Assembly: GCA_964350985.1 (NCBI GenBank)
Contig: CAYGLK010000001.1
Span: forward strand, 1-50,271
DNA: 50,271 nucleotides
Source: an uncultured Candidatus Saccharibacteria bacterium
GTDB taxonomy: Bacteria; Patescibacteriota; Minisyncoccia; Phycocordibacterales; UBA918
Direction: 5' to 3'
Shown: in pieces, positions 41,483 to 50,271 of the stretch
Layout of the letters: the number at the start of each line of letters is the position of its first letter
Numbering within the stretch: the first letter of the stretch is position 1
The notes under the pieces: model-generated
Databases searched by the model: none
What the model saw: the letters and a program-made list of their open reading frames with translations, nothing else
What the model was told of the DNA's origin: nothing
Translations under genes and position numbers: made by a program

Positions 41483-44400
41483 ATGGCTACTTCTCTTCAG
41501 ACAAAAGCCTTGAATTCAATCGCTAAAATAGCAATTTTACTTTTGGTGTTGTTGCCGGTAATCACTCAAGCGCAGATAAATCCTCAAATTAACTACCAAG
41601 GAAAGCTAACTGATGCTAGTGGTGTGGCTGTGCCTGACGGCTTGTACAACATGAACTTCTGGTTAATCGCCTCAGACGTAGCGGCTACCAGTTCTGCTGT
41701 CTGGTCTGAAACTCTAGTGAGTGGTAACCGGGTTCAAATTACTAATGGATTGTTCTCAGTGATGCTCGGTGAGCAATCTTCGCTAGCGGCTGTGGATTTT
41801 GATCAGACACTTTATCTTGGAGTTGAGATCGGTGGTATCAGTACAACTACTCCAGCTTGGGATGGTGAAATGAGTCCACGAAAAATTCTTGGTGCAGTGC
41901 CAGCAGCTTTTCAAGCAAATAATGCCAACAATGCTGAAGCTCTAAGCGGCATCGCAAGTAGTTCTTTCTTGCGCAGTGATGAGGTAGATACTATGGAGGC
42001 AACCTCTAGTTCGCCAGTACTTTCAATTATCCAAAGAGGTGTTGGTAAAGTCCTTAGTCTTTTCAGTGGAGTCACTGAAGTGTTTACAGTTTTAAATAAT
42101 GGAAATGTAGGAATCGGAGACACAAGCCCTAGTCACTCTTTGGTTGTAGCAACTTCATCTGAAAGTGGAGATCTGATTGCAGTCAATTCAAACAATGGAA
42201 CTTCAGTGATTCTGGGAATTGATTCTTCAGGAATTAATCATTACTTGGGGAAAATAAATTTATCAGGCTCGACAAACACGAGTGGAGATCGAGGTATTGG
42301 AGGAAGAATTACAGCTAATGCAGCAAATGATATCTATCAAGCAAACGACGCTGTTTTTCAATTTGACGCCACTTCTGCAGGGGGAGATATTTCAAATGCA
42401 AATGCTTATACTTTCAATGAAAATAATGTTGCTCGGATGGTTATTGATGCAAATGGAAACGTTGGTATTGGTACTACTACTCCAAACTATCGCCTTACTG
42501 TCTCTGGTGACTTTAATTCTACGGGAGCACTTCGCTTTAATGGAGACGCAGGCACAACAGGCCAAGTACTTTTATCAAACGGAAGTTCTGCTCCGTCGTG
42601 GACCTCAACTTCAACGCTTGGTTTCCAAGCCTATGACGCAGAACTAAATGCACTAGCCGGACTCGCTTCAGGAGCAGACCTACTACCATACTTCACCGGA
42701 TCAGGTACAGCTGGACAAACAACCTTCACTGCTTTTGCTAGAACTCTACTGGATGACACTAATGCTTCAGTAGCTAGAACAACACTAGGAGCAACCACGG
42801 TTGGAGCAAACATCTTTACTCTAGCTAACCCAAGTGCAGTTAGACTAATCCAAATCAATGCAGATAACACTGTGACTGCGATTGCGACTTCGTCGTTGGG
42901 AGTTGGCTCAGTCACTTCAGTAGCTGCCACCGTTCCAACTGGATTCACAATTGGAGGTTCACCAATAACTACTTCAGGCACGCTGGCATTTGATTTTGCT
43001 GCCGGTTACGAAGGACTACGAAGCGCTTCTTCAACAAACTGGAACAACTTCTATAACACTCCAAGTACAAGAATTACTGCAGCTAATAATTTAGCTTGGA
43101 CAGGGAATACGCTAGGTGTGGCAGCGGGATACAACATCCCACTAACTGCTTCTTCAACCGAATGGTCACAAGCTTACGCCTCAACCACTGCCCTTACTCC
43201 AACATACTTACGAGGACTATTTTCAAACACAGCTACTGGACTGACATATACCTCAGGTACTGGCGTCACTTCACTAACTGGTGGGTACAACATCCCACTA
43301 ACAGCTTCAACTACTGAGTGGAGCAATGCTCTAGCTTCAACTCATCCTCCAGTTACTATCACTGGCGAAAACTATCTTTCACTTAACGGCAGTCAACAAA
43401 TCACCGCTAATCAAATCAACCTAGCAGGCACAAATGTTACTGGCACACTACCAGTGACTCAGGGAGGAACAGGTATTACTGCTTTTGGCGCAGGCGTTGC
43501 TGCTTTCCTTGGCACACCATCAAGCGCTAACTTAGCTGCTGCTGTCACTAATGAAGTAGGGACTGGTCCATTGGTATTTGCATCAAGTACTGTTTTAACT
43601 TCTCCAACATTAACAGGCACACCAATCTTGCCGGGAACATTTACTATCGGTGCTAATAACTTCATCCGTTCAGGGGCACATAGCTTAACTTTAACCACTA
43701 CTGGTACAACAGTGGCTACTATCCCTTCTGGAACAAATACTCTTTATGGTACAGGGTCGGGATCAATTACTTCAGCTCAACTAGCAACTTCACTTTCAAA
43801 TGAAGTAGGGACTGGTCCGGCGGTGTTTGCGTCTAGTACTATGTTGACAGCTCCAACCTTAACAGGGACAACTACAGCTACCAATTTGGCTGTCAGCGGA
43901 AACAGTGTCTTTGCCACAACGACTATTAATAATTTAACTCTGACTCAAGCCTTAGGCTTAGCCAACGGAGGAACAGGAGCAACTACTCAAGCTGGAGCTC
44001 GAACTAACTTAGGGGCAACCACAGTCGGATCAAACATCTTTACTCTAGCTAACCCAAGTGCAGTAAGTTTGTTGCGAATCAATGCTGATAACACTGTAAC
44101 TGCAGTGGCGACTTCGTCTCTTGGATTTAACGATCACGCTTCAGTAACAGTGACAGGTGAAAACTACCTGTCACTTTCAGGACAACAAATCACTGCTAAT
44201 CAAATTAACCTAGCTGGCACAAATGTTACTGGAACCCTACCAGTGGCTCAAGGAGGAACAGGCATCACATCATTCGGTTCAGGCGTCGCAACCGCCCTTG
44301 GCATCAACGTCGGTACAGCTGGATCTTTTGTCACCAACGGCGGCGCTCTTGGTACACCATCATCAGGAACACTAACTAATGCTACTGGATTACCAATCAC

Positions 44401-47400
44401 TACAGGAGTCTCCGGTCTAGCGGCTAACATAGCAACTTTCTTAGGTACGCCATCGAGCGCCAACTTAGCTGCTGCTGTCACTGATGAAACCGGAACAGGG
44501 AGCGTGGTCTTCTCTGATTCACCAACACTAACTGGCAACGCAACTCTAGTAAACGCTTCAACAACTGCACTTACTGCAAATACTCTTTATTTTAATAACG
44601 CTTCTTCAACTGGAGGTCTTACTCTTGCAACCCTCTACGGTGCAAATTTGACTTCATGTAATTCTGCTACAGAAAAACTCTTATGGACTAATGGAACGTT
44701 TACTTGTGGAGTAGATGCAGGTGGAGCTGGAGGTACAATAGAAAGTTTAAATGGTAGTACTGTTGCTTCACAAAGTTTTGCTACTTCAAGTTCAGGAGGA
44801 CTTAACCTCACAGTTAGCAGTGATATTGGTTCAGGAGTCCATACTTTCACAATCGGTACTCTTGCTGGATATTCGCTACCTCTAACCGCATCATCAACCA
44901 ACTGGAATACTTTCTACAACACTCCAAGTACAAGAATTTCTACCACTGACAATCTTGCTTGGACAGGAAACACACTAGGAGTTGCTGCCGGATACAACAT
45001 CCCACTAACAGCTTCTACTACAAACTGGAACAACACATACAACACAGTGACCGCTAACAGTGCGAGTTGGAATGCAGCCGCAGCTTCAACTACTGCTCTA
45101 ACTCCAGCATACTTACGCGGACTATTTTCAAACACTGCAACTGGACTAACATACACTTCAGGAACTGGAGTCACTTCATTAACAGCTGGATACACTATTC
45201 CACTGACAGCTTCAACTACTGAGTGGAGCAATAAAGTTTCATCACAGTGGACAACTAGTGGTACTGATATTTATTACAATACTGGGAATGTGGGGATTGG
45301 AACTACGGCCCCAAATGCTAAATTGTCTCTAGGTGCAACTACAGCTGCACAAAAGGTTCTACTGTACGAAAGTGGTAATACTCGATTTGGTTTTGGTACA
45401 CCTGGTGCTGGTGAACTTAGAATGTTTACCGCAGGTGGAGCAGGAAGTTTTATCGGTTTTGGTCAGGTTTCAAGTTCAGATGGTAGTACATATTCTGAAT
45501 TTATGAGAATTAATGGAAGTGGAGACGTCGGTATTGGTACAACAACACCACAGGAGAAACTTCATGTAAGTGGTGGAGATATTAGTATCGAACGCGGCAC
45601 CACCTATAATTCTTATCGTCCAGACGTAAACATTATGTATCAGCTTCTTGGTCATGATACTTCAAACAACGTAAACCTTTACGGAATAGGAACAAATGAT
45701 TATCTCAGAATAACACCTGGAGGAGAATTTCGTTTTATCGAAAATAATATTCAGTTACTAACTTTGACCAATACTACAGGTTACCTTGGTATTGGTACCA
45801 CCACTCCTTCAGCCAAACTCTCAGTTACTGGCTCTGGTACTGGTACTGGCCTCCTTGCTCAATTCACTGACAGTGCTAACACACCACGAATGACAATTTT
45901 GGATAATGGGAATATTGGTATCGGCACAACCACACCAGGAAGCCAATTGACTATACAAAGGTTTGAAAGTGCGAGCGGTGGAGCTGGAGACAGTCAAATT
46001 TCTCTAATTTCTTCAATCGGAGGAAATGTCCTTGAAGGATACTCCATTGGTGGAATCGATTTTGTTTCAAATGATTTAAATACGCTATATACAGTGGCTA
46101 GTATTAAGGCAATTGCTTCTGGCTCTCATACCGGTTCTAGTTATGATACTGACTTGGTCTTTAGTGCAACGACTGACAATTCTCCAGTGGAATATATGCG
46201 AATCGATAAAGATGGAAATATCGGTATCGGTACCAGTACTCCAGGATACCGACTCACCGTAGCTGGAGACACTAACTTCACTGGAGTACTCCGTTTAAAC
46301 GGTAACTCAGGTACCTCAGGACAAGTACTACAATCCACTGGTTCAAGTGCACCAGCTTGGGTAGCAACTTCATCTCTAGGTTTCGGTACTGGCTCAGTCA
46401 CCAGCGTTGATGGTTCAGGTGGTACTACCGGACTAACTCTAACTGGCGGACCAATCACAACTTCAGGAACCTTAACTCTTGGTGGTACTTTAGCAGTGGC
46501 TAATGGAGGTACAGGCATCACATCATTCGGAACTGGAGTGGCTACTGCACTTGGTATCAACGTTGGTACCGCTGGATCTTTTGTCACCAACGGCGGAGCA
46601 CTAGGTACACCTGCTTCAGGAACACTAACTAATGCTACTGGACTACCGATCATCGCTGGAACAACTGGTACCCTTACAGTTGCCAGGGGTGGTACCGGAG
46701 CAACTGATGCCTCAGGCGCTCGAACAAACCTCGGCCTCGCTATCGGATCAGACGTCCAAGCATACGACGCAGAACTAAACGCACTTGCTGGACTATCTTC
46801 AGACACTGACCTACTACCATACTTCACTGGCATTGGTACCGCAGGACAAACTACACTAACTTCTTTTGCTAGAACTCTACTTAATGATACAGACGCTTCA
46901 GTTGCTAGAGCTACTCTTGGTCTAAACAATGTGGAGAACACAGCACTTTCAACTTGGGCTGGTTCTTCAAATATCAATACTGTTGGCGTCCTAAACTCTG
47001 GATCAATCAATACTGGCTTTGGCAACATCAACATCGGTGCTAGTACTTTCACTACAACTGGAGCTGCTTCAATTGGAAACGCTTCAACTACTAACCTCAC
47101 AGTTACTGGCAACAGTTACTTAGGTACAGTACAAAGTGGAGTATGGAATGGTTCAGTTATTGGAGACGCATATCTTGATAAGACAGGAAACTGGACTGGA
47201 ACTTTTGATGGACAAGAGGGAACTTTCTACCTAAACCGAGCTAACCACACAGGTACACAAACTGCTTCAACTATCTCAGACTTTAGTACTACTGCTCGAG
47301 GATTATTCTCAAACACAGCTACCGGCTTAACATACACTTCAGGTACTGGTGTTACTTCACTAACAGCCGGATACACAATTCCACTTACAGCTTCAACAAC

Positions 47401-50271
47401 TGAGTGGGCTAACAACAACCACGCTCCAGTTACTATTGCTGGTCAAAACTACCTCTCACTATCTGGACAAGTGTTAACCGCAAACGCAGTTAACCTAGCA
47501 AGCTCTAATGTCACTGGCACACTACCAGTGGCTAATGGCGGTACTGGAGCTATCACTCTTGGAGCTGGTCAGATTCTAGTTGGCAATGGTACTGGAGCTG
47601 TCACTAGTACTAGTACAGCTAACTTGAAGACTACTCTTGGTCTAAACAATGTGGAGAACACAGCACTTTCAACTTGGGCTGGTTCTTCAAATATCAATAC
47701 TGTTGGCGTCCTAAACTCTGGATCAATCAATACTGGCTTTGGCAACATCAACATCGGAGCTAGTACTTTCACTACAACTGGAGCAGCTTCAATCGGAAAC
47801 GCTTCAACTACTAACCTCACAGTTACTGGCAACAGTTACCTAGGTACACCAATTAGTCTGACTCTAACAAATGCTACTGGACTACCAATCGTTGGTGGAA
47901 CAACTGGTACATTAAGTGTGGCCAGAGGTGGTACTGGAGCTACTACTTTAACTGGTATCCCAGTTGGCAATGGTACAAGTGCTATGACCGCAGTTGCGGG
48001 TACAGGAAGTCAAATCCTCCGTCGTAACGCAGGAAACAGCGCCTATGAGTTCGCGACCCTCTCACCAACTATTACTCTCGGTACTGACTTAACTGGCTCA
48101 GCCTCTCTCACCAACCTTGGTTCTGCTACCCTCAACGCCACCATCGCTGCCAACGCTGTCACCCTCGCTAAGTTCCAAACAATCGGTACTGGCAGTATCC
48201 TTGGTCGCTCTACTGCTGGCACTGGCAACGTTGAAGTTCTTAGTACTTTGCCGACTGCAGTGCAAGACAACATCACTAGAACTGGAGTATTAAATAGTGG
48301 ATCAATCAATACTGGCTTTGGCAACATCAACATCGGAGCAAGTACCTTTACTACTACTGGGGCAGCTTCAATCGGAAACGCCTCAACCACAAACTTAACT
48401 GTCGCTACTAATAGTTACCTTGGTACTGTTCAAAGTGGACTATGGCAGGGAACAGCGATCGGAGCTATCTACGGAGGAACAGGTCAAACTACCTACGCTA
48501 CAGGAGATCTTTTATATGCTTCAAACTCAACTACTCTAGCGCGTAGAGCTATTGGAACAGCGGGTCAAATCCTCCTAGTTACCGGAGGATTACCAACTTG
48601 GACTTCTACTTCAACTCTGGGACTTTCATCAAGTTTCTCTAACTCAGCTCAACTTGCAGCGTTACTTTCTGACGAAGTAGGAACTGGTCCAGCAGTGTTT
48701 GCTTCTTCAACTGTTCTAACAGCTCCAACTGTGTTTGGCACAACTACACTTTGGAATAATGTTGGGATTGGGACTACTAACCCTGGAGCAAAACTAGAAG
48801 TAGTTGGAGATATTATTTCTAAAGGAACAGAGTGGACTAGTAGAACTACGCCAGTTGATAACCAATGGACTTCTGTCACTTACGGCAACGGCCTGTTTGT
48901 GGCTGTTGCTCAGTCAGGGACAGATAATCGTGTCATGACCTCACCGGATGGAGTTAACTGGGCTACCACCACGAGTTATGCAGATTATAATTGGTCAGAT
49001 ATAACCTACGGCAACGGTCTGTTTGTCGCCGTGTCATCAGATGGTTATGGCGACCGCGTCATGACTTCACCTGATGGAATTAATTGGACGGGTCGAAATA
49101 GCGCTGCTGATAATCCATGGTCAGATATCACCTACGGCAAAGGCACGTTTGTAGCGGTGGCATCTTTTGGGTCTGGTGACGATGTTATGACTTCGCCGGA
49201 CGGAATAAATTGGACCTCTCACAGCAGTGCTGCTGCTAATGAATGGACTGCTATCACCTACGGCAATGGACTTTTTGTTGCTGTCTCTGGAGACGGAACT
49301 GATCGCGTCATGACTTCTCCAGACGGTATTACTTGGACGTCACGCACTAGTATTTCTAAGTATTGGAATGACATAACCTATGGTAATGGTCTCTTCGTTG
49401 CTGTTGCATATGATGACGGTGTTATGACTTCTCCAGACGGTATTACTTGGACATCACGCTCCAGCGCTGCTTCAAATGCTTGGCAATCTGTCACCTACGG
49501 AAATGGACTTTTTGTCGCTGTGTCAGAAGACGGTTCTGGCAACCGCGTCATGACCTCACCTGACGGTATTACTTGGACATCTAGAGCTAGTGCGGCTGAT
49601 AATAATTGGTTCTCTGTAACTTACGGCAATGGCATCTTTGTGGCTGTGTCATTCGACGGTTCAAGTAACCGCGTCATGACCTCGGGCAAAACTGAACTCA
49701 ACGCTCTAGCAAACAACAACATCTACCAAGGAGGTATGAGTGTTTTTGGGAACGTAAATATTGGGACCACAACTGATACTGGATTGCCGTTTTATGTAGA
49801 AGGAGATATTGGTATAGGTTCTTCGGGTCAATATGGTAGCTTGTATTTCAATCGTGATTACAATAATCCAGGTGGGATCACCTATGATTTTACCAACAAC
49901 AAACTCAGTTTGGGGACAAATTATGATTTTTCTAGATTAGTGATTGGAGACAATGGTAATGTGGGTATAGGTACAACAAACCCAGGAGCGAAGCTTGAAG
50001 TGGTTGGTGATATTGTTTCCAAGGGAACCTCTTGGACCAGTAGGACGACCCCAACTTCTAACCTTTGGTCTTCAATTACTTACGGCAATGGACTCTTTGT
50101 GGCAGTTGCGTTTACAGGTACCGGCGACCGCGTCGTAACATCACCAGATGGAGTTAACTGGGCTACTTCTACCACTCCTGCTGATAATAGTTGGCAATCC
50201 GTCACCTACGGTAACGGTCTTTTTGTGGCAGTGGCAAACTCAGGTTCTGGCAACCGCGTCATGACCTCACC
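41483..50271 (+). CDS. Giant secreted/surface protein (>2,929 codons, 3' end outside the window) built from tail-fibre-like repeat modules and Asp-box beta-propellers
   Basis: ATG 41483 lies 3 nt after the upstream stop. N-terminus [31 protein letters not shown] looks like a signal or anchor. The frame was hand-checked as open at 41483-42660, 45242, 46742 and 50222, and no in-frame stop produces a track entry. Recurrent motifs: GNVGIGTT(T)P..KL.V.G, GGTG...[24 protein letters not shown]. All minus-strand ORFs here are P/V/A-rich shadows. Confidence 0.9.
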   Translation, partial: MATSLQTKALNSIAKIAILLLVLLPVITQAQINPQINYQGKLTDASGVAVPDGLYNMNFWLIASDVAATSSAVWSETLVSGNRVQITNGLFSVMLGEQSSLAAVDFDQTLYLGVEIGGISTTTPAWDGEMSPRKILGAVPAAFQANNANNAEALSGIASSSFLRSDEVDTMEATSSSPVLSIIQRGVGKVLSLFSGVTEVFTVLNNGNVGIGDTSPSHSLVVATSSESGDLIAVNSNNGTSVILGIDSSGINHYLGKINLSGSTNTSGDRGIGGRITANAANDIYQANDAVFQFDATSAGGDISNANAYTFNENNVARMVIDANGNVGIGTTTPNYRLTVSGDFNSTGALRFNGDAGTTGQVLLSNGSSAPSWTSTSTLGFQAYDAELNALAGLASGADLLPYFTGSGTAGQTTFTAFARTLLDDTNASVARTTLGATTVGANIFTLANPSAVRLIQINADNTVTAIATSSLGVGSVTSVAATVPTGFTIGGSPITTSGTLAFDFAAGYEGLRSASSTNWNNFYNTPSTRITAANNLAWTGNTLGVAAGYNIPLTASSTEWSQAYASTTALTPTYLRGLFSNTATGLTYTSGTGVTSLTGGYNIPLTASTTEWSNALASTHPPVTITGENYLSLNGSQQITANQINLAGTNVTGTLPVTQGGTGITAFGAGVAAFLGTPSSANLAAAVTNEVGTGPLVFASSTVLTSPTLTGTPILPGTFTIGANNFIRSGAHSLTLTTTGTTVATIPSGTNTLYGTGSGSITSAQLATSLSNEVGTGPAVFASSTMLTAPTLTGTTTATNLAVSGNSVFATTTINNLTLTQALGLANGGTGATTQAGARTNLGATTVGSNIFTLANPSAVSLLRINADNTVTAVATSSLGFNDHASVTVTGENYLSLSGQQITANQINLAGTNVTGTLPVAQGGTGITSFGSGVATALGINVGTAGSFVTNGGALGTPSSGTLTNATGLPITTGVSGLAANIATFLGTPSSANLAAAVTDETGTGSVVFSDSPTLTGNATLVNASTTALTANTLYFNNASSTGGLTLATLYGANLTSCNSATEKLLWTNGTFTCGVDAGGAGGTIESLNGSTVASQSFATSSSGGLNLTVSSDIGSGVHTFTIGTLAGYSLPLTASSTNWNTFYNTPSTRISTTDNLAWTGNTLGVAAGYNIPLTASTTNWNNTYNTVTANSASWNAAAASTTALTPAYLRGLFSNTATGLTYTSGTGVTSLTAGYTIPLTASTTEWSNKVSSQWTTSGTDIYYNTGNVGIGTTAPNAKLSLGATTAAQKVLLYESGNTRFGFGTPGAGELRMFTAGGAGSFIGFGQVSSSDGSTYSEFMRINGSGDVGIGTTTPQEKLHVSGGDISIERGTTYNSYRPDVNIMYQLLGHDTSNNVNLYGIGTNDYLRITPGGEFRFIENNIQLLTLTNTTGYLGIGTTTPSAKLSVTGSGTGTGLLAQFTDSANTPRMTILDNGNIGIGTTTPGSQLTIQRFESASGGAGDSQISLISSIGGNVLEGYSIGGIDFVSNDLNTLYTVASIKAIASGSHTGSSYDTDLVFSATTDNSPVEYMRIDKDGNIGIGTSTPGYRLTVAGDTNFTGVLRLNGNSGTSGQVLQSTGSSAPAWVATSSLGFGTGSVTSVDGSGGTTGLTLTGGPITTSGTLTLGGTLAVANGGTGITSFGTGVATALGINVGTAGSFVTNGGALGTPASGTLTNATGLPIIAGTTGTLTVARGGTGATDASGARTNLGLAIGSDVQAYDAELNALAGLSSDTDLLPYFTGIGTAGQTTLTSFARTLLNDTDASVARATLGLNNVENTALSTWAGSSNINTVGVLNSGSINTGFGNINIGASTFTTTGAASIGNASTTNLTVTGNSYLGTVQSGVWNGSVIGDAYLDKTGNWTGTFDGQEGTFYLNRANHTGTQTASTISDFSTTARGLFSNTATGLTYTSGTGVTSLTAGYTIPLTASTTEWANNNHAPVTIAGQNYLSLSGQVLTANAVNLASSNVTGTLPVANGGTGAITLGAGQILVGNGTGAVTSTSTANLKTTLGLNNVENTALSTWAGSSNINTVGVLNSGSINTGFGNINIGASTFTTTGAASIGNASTTNLTVTGNSYLGTPISLTLTNATGLPIVGGTTGTLSVARGGTGATTLTGIPVGNGTSAMTAVAGTGSQILRRNAGNSAYEFATLSPTITLGTDLTGSASLTNLGSATLNATIAANAVTLAKFQTIGTGSILGRSTAGTGNVEVLSTLPTAVQDNITRTGVLNSGSINTGFGNINIGASTFTTTGAASIGNASTTNLTVATNSYLGTVQSGLWQGTAIGAIYGGTGQTTYATGDLLYASNSTTLARRAIGTAGQILLVTGGLPTWTSTSTLGLSSSFSNSAQLAALLSDEVGTGPAVFASSTVLTAPTVFGTTTLWNNVGIGTTNPGAKLEVVGDIISKGTEWTSRTTPVDNQWTSVTYGNGLFVAVAQSGTDNRVMTSPDGVNWATTTSYADYNWSDITYGNGLFVAVSSDGYGDRVMTSPDGINWTGRNSAADNPWSDITYGKGTFVAVASFGSGDDVMTSPDGINWTSHSSAAANEWTAITYGNGLFVAVSGDGTDRVMTSPDGITWTSRTSISKYWNDITYGNGLFVAVAYDDGVMTSPDGITWTSRSSAASNAWQSVTYGNGLFVAVSEDGSGNRVMTSPDGITWTSRASAADNNWFSVTYGNGIFVAVSFDGSSNRVMTSGKTELNALANNNIYQGGMSVFGNVNIGTTTDTGLPFYVEGDIGIGSSGQYGSLYFNRDYNNPGGITYDFTNNKLSLGTNYDFSRLVIGDNGNVGIGTTNPGAKLEVVGDIVSKGTSWTSRTTPTSNLWSSITYGNGLFVAVAFTGTGDRVVTSPDGVNWATSTTPADNSWQSVTYGNGLFVAVANSGSGNRVMTS
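46911..47128 (+). repeat. Intragenic 218-bp direct repeat, copy 1
   Basis: Differs from 47631-47848 at 4 positions (47038, 47065, 47074, 47120). The offset is exactly 720 bp, so the copies are in frame. Confidence 0.95.
47631..47848 (+). repeat. Intragenic 218-bp direct repeat, copy 2
   Basis: See copy 1. A third, diverged copy at ~48285-48425 shares a 42-nt identical core (48298-48339). Confidence 0.95.
48833..49690 (+). other. Seven tandem ~40-aa blades with Asp-box (S-P-D-G-x-x-W): predicted 7-bladed beta-propeller domain of the giant protein
   Basis: Seven copies of W..(I/V)TYGNG(L/I)FVAV....G..RVMTSPDG(I/V)(N/T)W. A second array starts at 50033 and runs off the window. Confidence 0.7.

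Noticed and set aside
42282-43317. Plus-strand ORFs 42282..42647 and 43096..43317
   Set aside because: Both are out of frame relative to the continuous ORF starting at 41483 (offsets 799 and 1613 nt, neither divisible by 3), and their composition is odd. They are overlapping-frame artefacts.
46900-48430. Possible CRISPR array or tandem satellite suggested by regularly spaced repeats
   Set aside because: The repeat unit is 218 bp with a 720-bp period, not 25-40 bp repeats with similar-sized spacers. The whole region is one open reading frame encoding recognisable protein modules. No cas genes are present.
41911-48879. About twelve minus-strand ORFs (for example 46141..47112 at 323 aa, 42631..42981, 44914..45231, 48043..48390) rich in P/V/A/E
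   Set aside because: They are antisense shadows of the giant + strand ORF. Its ACN/GGN/GCN/TCN-rich codons avoid stops on the opposite strand. Identical N-termini of 46141..47112 and 47569..47832 merely mirror the 218-bp coding repeat. They have no promoters or independent signals.
36490-50271. Prophage call based on a holin-family gene plus tail-fibre-like repeats
   Set aside because: No capsid, portal, terminase, tail-tube, integrase or lysin genes are present. The holin-family ORF is coupled to secA, and obg and gatB lie between it and the fibre-like gene. These look like domesticated or cellular genes rather than a prophage.

Overview
The 50.3-kb window looks like a small-genome, peptidoglycan-containing bacterium of the Patescibacteria/CPR type. 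That placement is an inference from an unlinked 16S end, a CPR-style T4SS-pilin protein, lamin-tail-domain and giant surface proteins, and very compact operons. From left to right it holds: the last ~50 nt of a 16S rRNA gene with a hairpin-rich trailer and its own terminator; small genes and a tRNA-Ile(GAU) on the minus strand; a murein block (PP-loop module fused to murD, then pgeF, murC) and rsmI; a membrane glycosidase-like gene, a soluble VirD4/TraD-like ATPase and an LTD/PKD surface protein; yvcK; an ~18-kb strand-alternating glycan locus (about 8 glycosyltransferases including two GT-D/DUF1792, 4-5 methyltransferases, a sulfotransferase-like gene, a 6-deoxy-sugar dehydratase/reductase pair, Wzx, and an O-antigen-ligase-like/TPR protein) interrupted by a GC-rich two-gene insert; murB, a Lys/Ala-rich histone-H1-like gene, secA, a small membrane protein, a GC-rich structured non-coding stretch, obg and gatB; then two paralogous membrane-tethered HTH proteins followed by a giant ORF (>2,929 codons, open to the window end). 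The giant ORF is absent from the ORF track because it has no stop in the window. It is built from shuffled tail-fibre-like modules and Asp-box beta-propellers. Window-wide, native genes have no Shine-Dalgarno motif and most operon-first genes start 5-12 nt after a TATAAT-like box (leaderless). This matches a 16S tail that lacks CCUCC. Four GC-rich genes carry canonical SDs and look foreign. The best candidates for something new are the HTH-HTH-giant adhesin locus, the SD-free translation set-up with the odd 16S end, the glycan locus as a possible protein O-glycosylation system, a 46-bp perfect palindrome inside a CDS, and a duplicated-hairpin RNA candidate. All product calls rest on motifs recognised by eye; no database search was possible.
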